From Candidatus Baldrarchaeota archaeon (GTDB lineage Archaea; Asgardarchaeota; Baldrarchaeia; Baldrarchaeales; DXJG01), in contig DXJG01000009.1 of NCBI GenBank assembly GCA_019056805.1, positions 126,015-158,014 of the forward strand: DNA of 32,000 nucleotides. Direction: 5' to 3'. Positions 18,954-28,203 of this stretch are shown piece by piece. A model generated the notes under the pieces. That model saw only the letters and a list, made by a program, of their open reading frames with translations, did no database searches and was not told where the DNA came from. Position 1 is the first letter of the stretch, and each line of letters opens with the position of its first letter. The position numbers were made by a program, and so were the translations under genes.

Positions 18954-20285
18954 TTATGAGAAATCTGTTAACTTTGTTTGGCCTTTAAACCTTTTATTTT
19001 CATGTATTTCTTGTTGTTCATATTTTTTTGTTTCAAAAATTATTCCGCCGTATACCCCATCAAATCCTGGTTTGTATTTTATTTGTCCTAGTCTTACCTT
19101 TATTATTGCTTCTGCTACTTTTGGTCCTGCAATTTGACTTATTTCGTCTTTTGGGGCATTTAACATGACGTTGTATTCGTTTCCAAAATGTTGTATGAGA
19201 CTTATGTATGTTTCCCAGATGCTTTTTACTACGGGGCTACTTGTATTCTTTATATACATTAATAGTTCAGTTAGAGGTATTAGGTGGATAAAAGAAGTTG
19301 AATTAGGAGGAATATATCCATCTGGTCTGTCTGCAAGCTCTTCCACTCTTTGCAAAACACCTATTGTCATAGTTCTTCTACAAATCGGACAAATATTATT
19401 AAGTTTTAAGGCTTCTCTTGGATGAAAACACACATCAACTTCGTGTAATTTCCACATACCACTGATCAGATATCTTCGATCTTTCCTATGTCCCGTATAA
19501 TGATACTTGCCGTATTCTGGTGGAACCTCTATGGTCATTTCAAAGCCCGTATTCCTTTTCCCACGTATTGCATCAATTAGAGAATCATAAGTTAGCCTCT
19601 CCACTTCAAAAATGTTTGCCTCTCTACCTAATCTATGAGGATAAGGACTATGACAGTCACTGTTCGAAACAAGTGGGAATTTATCCAATTCTTTTACTCT
19701 CCAGCACATTTTTGGATCTGCACTAAGACCTGTTTCAAGCGCCAAGAGGTTCTCCGTTTGGTCTTCATAACATTCTTTTACACTGTTAAATCCTTTTTGT
19801 CCAAGTACAGAGAAATGTGAAGTCCATATATGGCAAGGAATAATTTCCACTCTTTGATCGACAGATTTTACTATTTCAACAAATTCTGATGCACTTATTT
19901 CAAGTTCTGGTCTTCCATTTAGCGATAAATCTCCATAGTTCTTTAAAACATCGATTAATTGCTCGGCAATCTCAAAATTTGGTACTAAGAGAAGATTGTG
20001 TATTCTCTTAATATGGCCCTCATATTCAAAGTTTGTAGAGATTTCACCCGTAATCATATAACGTATTTCGCTGCTTCTTTTTCGAAATTTGTATAATTCG
20101 GAATTTTCTACTTCAATAAGTTTTTCCTTTAACTCTTTTAACCACTTTGGATGAGTAAAATCTCCTGTACCGATCAGATTAAGTCCTTTCATCTCTCCGT
20201 AGCGATCTATGTTTTCCAATGCCATTTTATTACTTGTCCCTGTACTATACAATGAATGTATATGTAGATCAGCAAATACTTTCAT
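18954..20285 (-). CDS. endoQ: Endonuclease Q (PHP-domain DNA repair endonuclease, TIGR00375-like)
   Basis: ADLHIHS, GTGDFTHPKW, ETGLSAD, SNSDCHSP, RLGREAN, GKYH..H, CPIC, GFDGVYG; C-terminal PIP-like QTKLTDF. Start at ATG 20285 after a GGAG SD (track start 20330). Confidence 0.85.
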   Translation of the reverse strand: MKVFADLHIHSLYSTGTSNKMALENIDRYGEMKGLNLIGTGDFTHPKWLKELKEKLIEVENSELYKFRKRSSEIRYMITGEISTNFEYEGHIKRIHNLLLVPNFEIAEQLIDVLKNYGDLSLNGRPELEISASEFVEIVKSVDQRVEIIPCHIWTSHFSVLGQKGFNSVKECYEDQTENLLALETGLSADPKMCWRVKELDKFPLVSNSDCHSPYPHRLGREANIFEVERLTYDSLIDAIRGKRNTGFEMTIEVPPEYGKYHYTGHRKDRRYLISGMWKLHEVDVCFHPREALKLNNICPICRRTMTIGVLQRVEELADRPDGYIPPNSTSFIHLIPLTELLMYIKNTSSPVVKSIWETYISLIQHFGNEYNVMLNAPKDEISQIAGPKVAEAIIKVRLGQIKYKPGFDGVYGGIIFETKKYEQQEIHENKRFKGQTKLTDFS

Positions 20286-20571
20286 ACTAAAGTCTCCATA
20301 ATCAAGATATAGAAAGGAAATAGCAATCATTATCAGTTAAAAGAAACCAAACTTATATACTTTTACATTTCAACTAAAACCCTCGAATAAGATAGCTTTT
20401 CTCACAAAGTCTCATTCCCTTTAATCTATAATTAAGTTAATTTATAATTAATACAATGAAAAATCACTACTAGGGTTAAAAATAAGATAAAAACCTAAGA
20501 TAAACTATTAAATTTAATATTATATACTATATTGGAATGCATCTTTAAGGGATTAAAGAAATATGTTGTAT

Positions 20572-21099
20572 TTACTCTTCTTTCTTTCTTACTTTTGCAA
20601 AAAGTTCTTTTAATTCTTGTAATGCTTGTCTATGAATATCTTGTCTTGTAACAGGACGTGGGGGAGGCGGAGGCCGTGAAGTTGCTGAAGGAGATGGCGG
20701 AGCCGAGGTAGGAGGTTTAGGTTGCAGGGGAGCTGCTGGCGGTGTAGTAGCTGGTGGTGAGGTAACAGATGTAGGTTGAGATGAAACTGTAGATCTTGGA
20801 GGTATTTGAGTTTGTGGAGGCGGTAAAGGCTGTTGTACTGGTTGTGGATATTGAGGCGGTTGGACCTGCGTTGGCTGTCTTGCTTGGGATTGTATAGTTG
20901 CGGATTGTTTTAATGATGTAATTTGTTTCTCTAAATCTTGCATTCTTTTTTCAACGTCAGTTATTCTTTCCTCTAATATTGATAAGCCATTTAAAATTAG
21001 TTCAAAGAATCTGCCAATAACACTAGCTATTTCGTAAGCGGATTTTGATGGTAATTTTTTCAATAACTTATTAAATATGTTTGCGAAACTTTCAGACAT
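20572..21099 (-). CDS. Hypothetical protein: N-terminal helix, coiled coil, long Pro/Gln/Ser/Thr-rich linker, C-terminal amphipathic basic helix
   Basis: 175 aa ORF with heptad segment LEERITDVEKRMQDLEKQITSL, PPP-rich linker and tail RQALQELKELFAKVRKKEE. Confidence 0.8.
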   Translation of the reverse strand: MSESFANIFNKLLKKLPSKSAYEIASVIGRFFELILNGLSILEERITDVEKRMQDLEKQITSLKQSATIQSQARQPTQVQPPQYPQPVQQPLPPPQTQIPPRSTVSSQPTSVTSPPATTPPAAPLQPKPPTSAPPSPSATSRPPPPPRPVTRQDIHRQALQELKELFAKVRKKEE

Positions 21100-21221
21100 G
21101 ATGGATACATCCCCAAGATTGATGTAACATTAACCTTTAAGAACATTTGCATAGATGGAAACATATTCCACCGTTATTCTATACGGGATTTTAATTAATA
21201 ATTAAGGAAATTTAAAAAATC

Positions 21222-21380
21222 TTATGTTTTCTCTTCTTCTTCGGGACGCCATTCGTATCCACAGTCTAAACACTTATTTCTCTTGGCATAAACAGGTTTA
21301 TGAGCAACATAAGTTAAAACGGTAGTTTTATCTTCTACTTTAACTATATTGGTACTTCCACACTTAGGACAAGGCATCAT
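21222..21380 (-). CDS. Small Zn-ribbon protein (52 aa; absent from the ORF track)
   Basis: Hand translation: MMPCPKCGSTNIVKVEDKTTVLTYVAHKPVYAKRNKCLDCGYEWRPEEEEKT*. Two CxxC pairs; GGAGG SD upstream. Confidence 0.8.
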   Translation of the reverse strand: MMPCPKCGSTNIVKVEDKTTVLTYVAHKPVYAKRNKCLDCGYEWRPEEEEKT

Positions 21381-21538
21381 TTCTTCCTCCTTTGCGGAAG
21401 TTTAAATTCAAATTAGACTTAAATAATATTGCTTAAGTAACCTATAAGTTTTCTGATAAACAAGTCTTAAGATTGTGATATCTTCAACTACATTGAGATA
21501 TTGTTCAATATCTAAAATATGTAACTGTTTTTAGCTTT

Positions 21539-21673
21539 CTATTCCACTTTTGTGAATTTTAATAAAGTAGCCCCGCACTTAGGACATTTCCCGTTCGTTT
21601 TCAAAAGCTTGGAAAATTCAGTAATTTCACCGCATTCACATTTATACCTTACTTCCCCAACTTCATTACTCAT
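21539..21673 (-). CDS. Small Zn-ribbon protein (44 aa)
   Basis: MSNEVGEVRYKCECGEITEFSKLLKTNGKCPKCGATLLKFTKVE; CxC and CxxC; G-rich SD before ATG 21673 (track start 21757). Confidence 0.65.
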   Translation of the reverse strand: MSNEVGEVRYKCECGEITEFSKLLKTNGKCPKCGATLLKFTKVE

Positions 21674-21820
21674 ATCGAACTCCCAACCCCAAAGTAAAAA
21701 TTTCTCCAATATATCATTTTGAAAACAGATATTTTTAAGATGCTCTTCATGTCTCAAATAGAATACAAATTAGCACTGGTGAGTATTTATATTTGATGCA
21801 GTGGGAGTAACATATATGAT

Positions 21821-23080
21821 ATGAAAAATTTGGAGTTGAAAACTATGGGAAAGGGTATGATTTCTGAGACCGCTCGTTATGCTTTAGAAAATCCTAGCTC
21901 AATTCGAGAAATAATGTCAGTAGTGACCGACTTCAAAAAACATCCAGAGAAATATCCAAGACCTTTAATATATCTTGGAGGCGGATGGCCACAGGATCCT
22001 CCTCCACCAATTCTTAGAACTGCAGCTAAAGAGATTATAGAGGACGACCATACGTGGATAGAGTCTTCAAGATATGGAACAACCCGTGGACAACCAGATT
22101 TCATCGCCGGTATCATAAATTACGAGAATTTCATCTTTGGTCGCAAAATTTACGAAGAAGAAGTTATTGTGGGTTCAGGAAGCACCGAATTAACGGCGGC
22201 TTTCATGCTTACCATTCTGGATCCGGGTTCTGAAGTAATTTTAACATGTCCCGGATACTTAAATTATCCGAGGCAGATTCAAACCGAAACATTGCTTCGA
22301 TGTAAAATCAAGCGATGGACCGTTCTAAAGAACCATACTTTTAATCCTGATTTCGATGAACTGCAGGATCTAATAAGCGACAAAACACGAATGCTAATCC
22401 TTTGTACTCCAGGTAATCCAGACGGTCAAGTTTACACAGATGACATGCTCAATGCAATCAACGACATTGCAGAAGAAAAGAATATCTGGGTTATGATAGA
22501 CGTAGCATATCGAGCTTTCATATACGAAGACTACCCAAAATATTTCAGCAGAGAAAGGAGAGAAAACGAAATCTGGATGTGCACATTGTCGAAAGAATTC
22601 AGAGTTCCTGGATGGAGAATGGCCTATGCCTTGGCAAATGAAGAATTGATTAAAGCTGTGGAAACGGTGGAACAAGCTCGAATACTTTGTCCCAACAGAA
22701 TGGCTCAGGAAATTCTTACCAGAGTTCTTCAAGACAATACAAGGCTAAAAACCGTTAAGGAATATTATGAAACGGGGAAAGAAAAGTACAAAAAAGTTGC
22801 GCAATACACAGCTGAAGAATTAAGAAACAACATACCAGACTTAGGGATCCTGGAACCAAAAGGTGGGTTCTATGTCTTCTTTGATGCCTCAAAATACGAA
22901 AAGGACTCAAAGCGTTTGTGCAGTGATTTACTAGGAGAATACCAAGTTGCCTTAGCTCCGGGTGTAGATTTCGGTATGGAAGGGTGGATTCGACTTAGCT
23001 TTGCTCCCATTGTGGAGGAACCAGAGACGCTTAAAGAAGGTTTAAATAGGATGAAAGAATATTTTTCCAAAAAGAAATAA
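21821..23080 (+). CDS. PLP-dependent aminotransferase class I/II (aspartate/aromatic aminotransferase-like)
   Basis: YGTTRG, CTPGNPDGQV, IDVAY, SKEFRVPGWRMAY (PLP Lys), PKGGFY, GWIRLSF. The true start may be 21845. Confidence 0.9.
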   Translation: MKNLELKTMGKGMISETARYALENPSSIREIMSVVTDFKKHPEKYPRPLIYLGGGWPQDPPPPILRTAAKEIIEDDHTWIESSRYGTTRGQPDFIAGIINYENFIFGRKIYEEEVIVGSGSTELTAAFMLTILDPGSEVILTCPGYLNYPRQIQTETLLRCKIKRWTVLKNHTFNPDFDELQDLISDKTRMLILCTPGNPDGQVYTDDMLNAINDIAEEKNIWVMIDVAYRAFIYEDYPKYFSRERRENEIWMCTLSKEFRVPGWRMAYALANEELIKAVETVEQARILCPNRMAQEILTRVLQDNTRLKTVKEYYETGKEKYKKVAQYTAEELRNNIPDLGILEPKGGFYVFFDASKYEKDSKRLCSDLLGEYQVALAPGVDFGMEGWIRLSFAPIVEEPETLKEGLNRMKEYFSKKK

Positions 23081-23111
23081 TCTATTCTCTTTATTTTAAA
23101 TGGTGCCTTCA

Positions 23112-23879
23112 ATGGATGTTTCTGAATGGAATAGATATGAAATTTTTAGCGAAATAAAAGTTCCCTATAATATTCCATTTTTTGTGAGATGTGATGGAAG
23201 AAATTTTCATCGTTTAACAGAAGAAATGGAATTTAAGAAACCGTATGATAAGGAATTCGCAGAAATTATGGTTAAAGCAGCAAAATGTCTTTTTAAAGGC
23301 GGTTTTAACCCGATGTTAGCCTACATTTTCTCGGATGAAGTAAATATTCTTTTTCTTGAGGCACCATTTAATGGGAGAATAGAAAAAATAGATAGCATAG
23401 TTGCGTCTTTTCTCGGCAGCGCCTTTTCTTTAGAGCTACATTTTAGAAAAAAAGTTAATAAAATTATTAGTTTCGATGCAAGAATTATTCCTATACCTAA
23501 AGAAAAAATTTTAAAATATTTAGCGTGGAGACAGCTAGAATGCTGGAGGAACCACATAAATTCTTATGCATTCTATACACTTATTGAAAAGGGGTTGAAT
23601 CGTGAAAAAGCTGCAAAAATGCTTAAAGGCTTAAAAAGCATCGAACTACATGAGCTAGTTTTTAAGGAAAAGGGGTTAAATCTAGCTAAAACTCCGACAT
23701 GGCAGAGAAGAGGGGTTCTCCTATACTTTGAAGAATATTTTAAGGAAAGTACTAATAAAATTACAGGAGAAAAGGTTCTGGCTGTTAGAAGAAAACTGGT
23801 TGAAAACTGGGATCTACCAATATTTAATTCTCCAGAAGGAGAAAAATTTCTATATAAAATTATTAAAATAAAAAACTAA
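23112..23879 (+). CDS. thg1: tRNA(His) guanylyltransferase Thg1 / Thg1-like protein
   Basis: VRCDGRNFH, KPYD, SDEVNILF, FDAR, YLAWRQ, PTWQRRG. ATG 23112 follows a GGTG SD. Confidence 0.93.
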   Translation: MDVSEWNRYEIFSEIKVPYNIPFFVRCDGRNFHRLTEEMEFKKPYDKEFAEIMVKAAKCLFKGGFNPMLAYIFSDEVNILFLEAPFNGRIEKIDSIVASFLGSAFSLELHFRKKVNKIISFDARIIPIPKEKILKYLAWRQLECWRNHINSYAFYTLIEKGLNREKAAKMLKGLKSIELHELVFKEKGLNLAKTPTWQRRGVLLYFEEYFKESTNKITGEKVLAVRRKLVENWDLPIFNSPEGEKFLYKIIKIKN

Positions 23880-23895
23880 GGTAGTTATTTTATCA

Positions 23896-25167
23896 TTAAG
23901 ACTTAGGTTTGATGATTATTTCTTGTTTTGCATATACCTCAGTGTTTGATGACACGTTTCTATCAATAATAACACCAGGAGAGATATCAACATTTGTACC
24001 AATTATTTTTCCTGGAAGAATCGAAACATTGATAGATATGTGTGTATTGTCTCCAATGACAGCTCCAAATTTTTCCATCGGAACTTTAACTCGCTCTTCA
24101 TTCACATCCATATAGATGGGTTGCAACCTAGGTGAAACATTCCACGTCTGCGTCCCGGCACCAACATCCACATTTTCTCCAAGAATGCTATCTCCAATAA
24201 AGGATAATCGTCCTACCTTTGTTCTATCAAAAATAACACTATTCTTAACTTCCACACCAAATCCAACAATTACATCTTTACCTATTGATACATACTCTCT
24301 TATAAGAGCGTTATTCCCAATGTAACTATTTTCTCCAATGAAACAAGGACCCTTAATCGTTGATCCAGACCTTATTTTTACATTATCTGCTATCCATACA
24401 GGGCCCTCGATCTTCGTATTATCTTCGATTGTTGCTGTTTCCGCAATAAAAGACCCTTTACCTTTAAGCAGTTTTGAAAGAACCAAGCGATTAGCCCTTA
24501 AAATGTCCCATGGATACCTTATTTCAACCCATTCTTTTTCCCAAACTGAAACGTAAACTTTTCCTGTCTGCGCAAGTTTTCTAATAGATGCATCTAAAGT
24601 TTTCTCGCTTTTAAGAAAATCAAAAATATTTTTCTTGAAAACATATACTCCTGCAACCGCATATTTACTGGGTGTTTCTCCAGGCTTTGGCTTTTCAACA
24701 ATATAATCTAGTTTAGAATTTTCAGAGAATACAACAACACCATAAAATTGTGGATTTTCAACAAGAGTGGCAGATACAGTCGCATCTGCATCAAGTTCCC
24801 TAAAAGTTTCAATAGTCCTACCTATTAACTCTGGATCTGCAAGAATGTCGGCATGAATTACTAAAAATTCTTCTTCATCTATCCTTTGTTCAGTTTTTAA
24901 GATCGCATCTTCTACGCCTAACGGTTCTTCCTGCAAAACATAGTCTATTTTAACACCGAATTTATCTCCAAATTCAAAGTAATTTTCTATAATTTCACGC
25001 TTATACCCAACTACAATCAAAATATCCTTAATTTGATTTTCACGTAGCCCTTCAATAACATATTGCAATAAGGGTTTACCTGCAATTTCCAACATAGGTT
25101 TAGGCCTAGTTTCTGTAAGTGGCTTTAACCTGTAGCCAAGTCCTGCTGCCAATATAACTGCTTTCAT
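23896..25167 (-). CDS. glmU: Sugar-phosphate nucleotidyltransferase with C-terminal left-handed beta-helix (archaeal bifunctional GlmU-like)
   Basis: MKAVILAAGLGYRLKPLT, PKPMLEIAGKP, QEEPLG, VEKP, followed by hexapeptide repeats. Confidence 0.8.
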   Translation of the reverse strand: MKAVILAAGLGYRLKPLTETRPKPMLEIAGKPLLQYVIEGLRENQIKDILIVVGYKREIIENYFEFGDKFGVKIDYVLQEEPLGVEDAILKTEQRIDEEEFLVIHADILADPELIGRTIETFRELDADATVSATLVENPQFYGVVVFSENSKLDYIVEKPKPGETPSKYAVAGVYVFKKNIFDFLKSEKTLDASIRKLAQTGKVYVSVWEKEWVEIRYPWDILRANRLVLSKLLKGKGSFIAETATIEDNTKIEGPVWIADNVKIRSGSTIKGPCFIGENSYIGNNALIREYVSIGKDVIVGFGVEVKNSVIFDRTKVGRLSFIGDSILGENVDVGAGTQTWNVSPRLQPIYMDVNEERVKVPMEKFGAVIGDNTHISINVSILPGKIIGTNVDISPGVIIDRNVSSNTEVYAKQEIIIKPKS

Positions 25168-25382
25168 TCCTAACCACCATAACATTATTTTCCCTGCTTG
25201 AAATAATTTCCAGAAGTGAAGATATAAAATAAGAGTGGTTTAGTCACATATTAAGATTATTATAGTAGTACGGGAGATCTCCTGCTAACTGTTAAAAGTT
25301 AAAAACTTTATTTGTCTCTCATTTCAATTTTTAAGAAGTAAAATTCATACACAACTCAAGTAAAATCAATTCAAACCATATT

Positions 25383-26057
25383 TCAGTAATTTTTCTTTTC
25401 CTTTAACTTTGGAAGTAATATTCGTACTGCTCTTTTATTTTTATCCATCCACTTCGCTTTCCCACTATCTATTAGAATGTTAATAACTTGAAGAAGATCT
25501 TCGGTAGGTAGAGTTTTTATAACATCTGGACCCTCCTGTAAGAGGTCATAGGGTGTGAAATATATAGTTCCTGTGTTTAACGCCCAATTATATAGATACT
25601 CTGCCAGTTCTTCAAGTGATTTCCAATAAATTCTAAGCCTATTTTTATCCACCCATTTCGCAAATCCTTTTTCCACAAGGTAATTCATAATTTCCTTTAA
25701 ATACTCTGCTGGGAGTTTAGAGTAAGGATTTGTTGATAAAAGATCATCTATAGAAATTACATGTTTAATATGAAAAGAAGCCCATTTCAACAAAAGATTA
25801 CCCCAATTTTGAAGCCAAGATCTATATAAATCCGTATTTCTAGGTTTTATATACATCCAAGGATAATCTACCCAATCAGGGAAAACAAATTGAGGCCGCT
25901 CCTTTACAACCTCAACTTGCTTCGCAACTTTAATTTCCTCACTTATCCTTTCCACTTCCGAAACAACTTCTTGTTCAACCTCTTCTATTTCATTTATTTC
26001 TATTTTCTCTTTTTCTTGTTTCTCTTTTTTCCTTTCTTTTTCTTTAGCTGACAACAT
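25383..26057 (-). CDS. vps25: ESCRT-II subunit Vps25 homolog with a charged N-terminal extension
   Basis: FVFPDWVDYPWMY...WGNLLLKW and RIYWKSLEELAEYLYNW resemble the eukaryotic Vps25 N-terminal PPxY-like region and the WH1-WH2 junction. It is tightly coupled downstream of vps4. Confidence 0.82.
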   Translation of the reverse strand: MLSAKEKERKKEKQEKEKIEINEIEEVEQEVVSEVERISEEIKVAKQVEVVKERPQFVFPDWVDYPWMYIKPRNTDLYRSWLQNWGNLLLKWASFHIKHVISIDDLLSTNPYSKLPAEYLKEIMNYLVEKGFAKWVDKNRLRIYWKSLEELAEYLYNWALNTGTIYFTPYDLLQEGPDVIKTLPTEDLLQVINILIDSGKAKWMDKNKRAVRILLPKLKEKKNY

Positions 26058-26066
26058 TACCACCGC

Positions 26067-27221
26067 TTACGTAGCAAATTCTCTAGTCCATTCTTCATAT
26101 TTTTTAATCTCATCTAGAGAGACCGAAGGTCTTATCTTCGACAACGATTGCATAAAATCTTGCATTGTAACCGGCCTAATCTTTTCAATTTCAGTTAACT
26201 TTCCTTCTTGGTCAAGTTCCCTTATGGGCATCATTAAAGCCTCTCTACAAATTAAAGCTATATCGGCTCCACTATAGCCTTCTGTAAGCTCAGCTAATTT
26301 ATCAAAATCAACATCATATGCTAATTCCACGCCCTGCGTATGTATTTTAAAAATCTCTTTTCTAGCTTCCTTGTCAGGGAGAGGAACATATATTCTTTTC
26401 TCAAATCTTCTTCTCATCGCAGGATCAATGTCCCATGGACGATTCGTAGCACCAAGAACAACAATTCTTTCATCCTCTTTTTCCTTTAAACCATCCATCT
26501 CTATTAAAAGCTGTGTTTTTAATCTTCTCTCTCCACCAATGTCTTCCTCCGCCCTAACAGTTGCAATAGAATCAAGTTCATCTATAAAAATTATTGAAGG
26601 TTGATTTTGCCTTGCAAGGTCAAAAAGAATCTTTACAAGTTTTTCGGATTCTCCTAACCACTTTGAAACAATAGATGCAGCATCAACATTGAAAAAGGTA
26701 GCATCGCACTCCGCAGCCACAGCTTTCGCAATGAGTGTTTTTCCACATCCAGGAGGCCCATAAAGCAAAATCCCTTTCCAAGGCTTTCTCGCTCCTTTAA
26801 AGAGATCTGGTCTTAGAATAGGAATTATTATGGCTTCTCTCAACGCAGTTTTTGCTGCTTGAAGATCGGCTACATCCTCCCATCTCACATTAGGTTTTTC
26901 ATAAACTATAGTATCAGCTATTGCCGCGGTTAATGAGTCAACGTCTTCAGTTATTCTTCTACCCGATCTAGTTAATCGAGTTATTTTTACTGTTTTTCCT
27001 TTAAGGTAATTCTTAAGTTCTTTACTTCTTTCAACATATTCTTTAGCTTTCTGATAGTATATTGCTTGCAGTTTAGGGTTTTCAGTTAACTTCGAGAGTT
27101 TTAATAAAATTTCCGCTGCTTTCACATATTTTTCCATTGCTTCTTTATAATTTCCCTCTATATCAAGTCTTGTAGCTTCCCTTGCTATTTGAGAAGCATA
27201 TTGTAAGAGTCGAGAAGACAT
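26067..27221 (-). CDS. vps4: Vps4 AAA+ ATPase (MIT + AAA)
   Basis: N-terminal MIT three-helix region (AREATRLDIEGNYKEA), EKPNVRWEDVA, PWKGILLYGPPGCGKT, SKWLGESEK, IFIDELD, ATNRPWDIDPAMRRRFEKRIYVPLPD. Confidence 0.95.
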   Translation of the reverse strand: MSSRLLQYASQIAREATRLDIEGNYKEAMEKYVKAAEILLKLSKLTENPKLQAIYYQKAKEYVERSKELKNYLKGKTVKITRLTRSGRRITEDVDSLTAAIADTIVYEKPNVRWEDVADLQAAKTALREAIIIPILRPDLFKGARKPWKGILLYGPPGCGKTLIAKAVAAECDATFFNVDAASIVSKWLGESEKLVKILFDLARQNQPSIIFIDELDSIATVRAEEDIGGERRLKTQLLIEMDGLKEKEDERIVVLGATNRPWDIDPAMRRRFEKRIYVPLPDKEARKEIFKIHTQGVELAYDVDFDKLAELTEGYSGADIALICREALMMPIRELDQEGKLTEIEKIRPVTMQDFMQSLSKIRPSVSLDEIKKYEEWTREFAT

Positions 27222-27331
27222 TTTGTTTCACTTCGCTTCAAAATGATGAGGATAATTTTGATCTAAGAAAATGAGTGGCACAAATAATATAAAGATTAAT
27301 GTGTGTTACGTATTTGAAGGAGGAAAAGAGT

Positions 27332-27952
27332 TTGCCTCTTGCAGATAAAATTAGAATGTTTCTACGCTGGTTAAAGGGTACTCCCGATCTTAGAGAAATT
27401 ACCCTACAATTAGAGATCTTTACGCGTAAATTAGATTATCAGAGGAAACGATTAGAAAATGAAGCAAGAAAATGTAGAGAAAACGCCAGAAAATATCGAA
27501 TTGAAGGTAATGAAGAAGCATCTAGAATGTATGCTGAACATTTTCTACGTTACCGAAAATGGGCTTTAGGAATAGATGCTTTCAGACTAAGAATAGACGG
27601 TTTATTAGTTAAACTTAGACAGGCCCAATCGGTATCCGAGATCGAAAATGCTTTACGGGGAATTCGAGCAGCTGTAATTGGTTTAAAGGAAGCAATAAAT
27701 GTTCCTGACATAGCTGAAATGGTGGAAGACATAGATAAACAAATGAGAGAGATAGAAGTAGCTCAAGATATCACAGAAACCGGCATGGAACGTCTTACAG
27801 TTTCAACCGAAGTTACATCAGATGAGATAAACAGAGTATTAGCAGAAATAGACCAAGAAATCGGTGTTGAAACCGGAATAGCCTTACCAGAACCATCAAA
27901 GAAAATAAAAGAGCTAGAAAAAGACATTAAAAAACTAAAAGAAGAATTATGA
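27332..27952 (+). CDS. ESCRT-III, Vps2/24/46 (CHMP1-3) class
   Basis: Helical Snf7 fold; ASRMYAEHFLRYRK...RIDGL resembles the CHMP1/Did2 pattern; acidic C-terminal half. TTG start at 27332 after GGAGG (track start 27299). Confidence 0.85.
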   Translation: MPLADKIRMFLRWLKGTPDLREITLQLEIFTRKLDYQRKRLENEARKCRENARKYRIEGNEEASRMYAEHFLRYRKWALGIDAFRLRIDGLLVKLRQAQSVSEIENALRGIRAAVIGLKEAINVPDIAEMVEDIDKQMREIEVAQDITETGMERLTVSTEVTSDEINRVLAEIDQEIGVETGIALPEPSKKIKELEKDIKKLKEEL

Positions 27953-28203
27953 CAGTATTTATTAATAAAACCAAATAATCACAGTTAATTTTCACTTATT
28001 ATAAGAAATCCTAGGAACTCCACTTAAATCAAAATACATCATTTTGTTAGATAATAACGTCTTGTGCTAAAAACAAGAAAATTCGAGGTCATTGAGCCGA
28101 AATAAAACTATCTGATAAAATAAATTCGTTTCAATCGTATTTAAGGTAAAAATATTAAAAGGGAAATGTGATATGTGAATATGAGTTAGCGAGGTGTTTA
28201 TGT

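Noticed and set aside
21361-21586. 11-nt repeat cacttaggaca in both small Zn-ribbon genes
   Set aside because: It is explained by both encoding CPKC; too short to imply duplication.
21539-21673. Possible RNA polymerase subunit Rpo12/P
   Set aside because: The Zn ribbon is similar, but the first pair is CxC and the conserved basic C-terminal strand is missing.
27243-27300. ATGATGA (box C-like) in the vps4/ESCRT-III divergent gap; another at 8904
   Set aside because: No downstream CTGA D or D' boxes, so not supported as C/D sRNAs.
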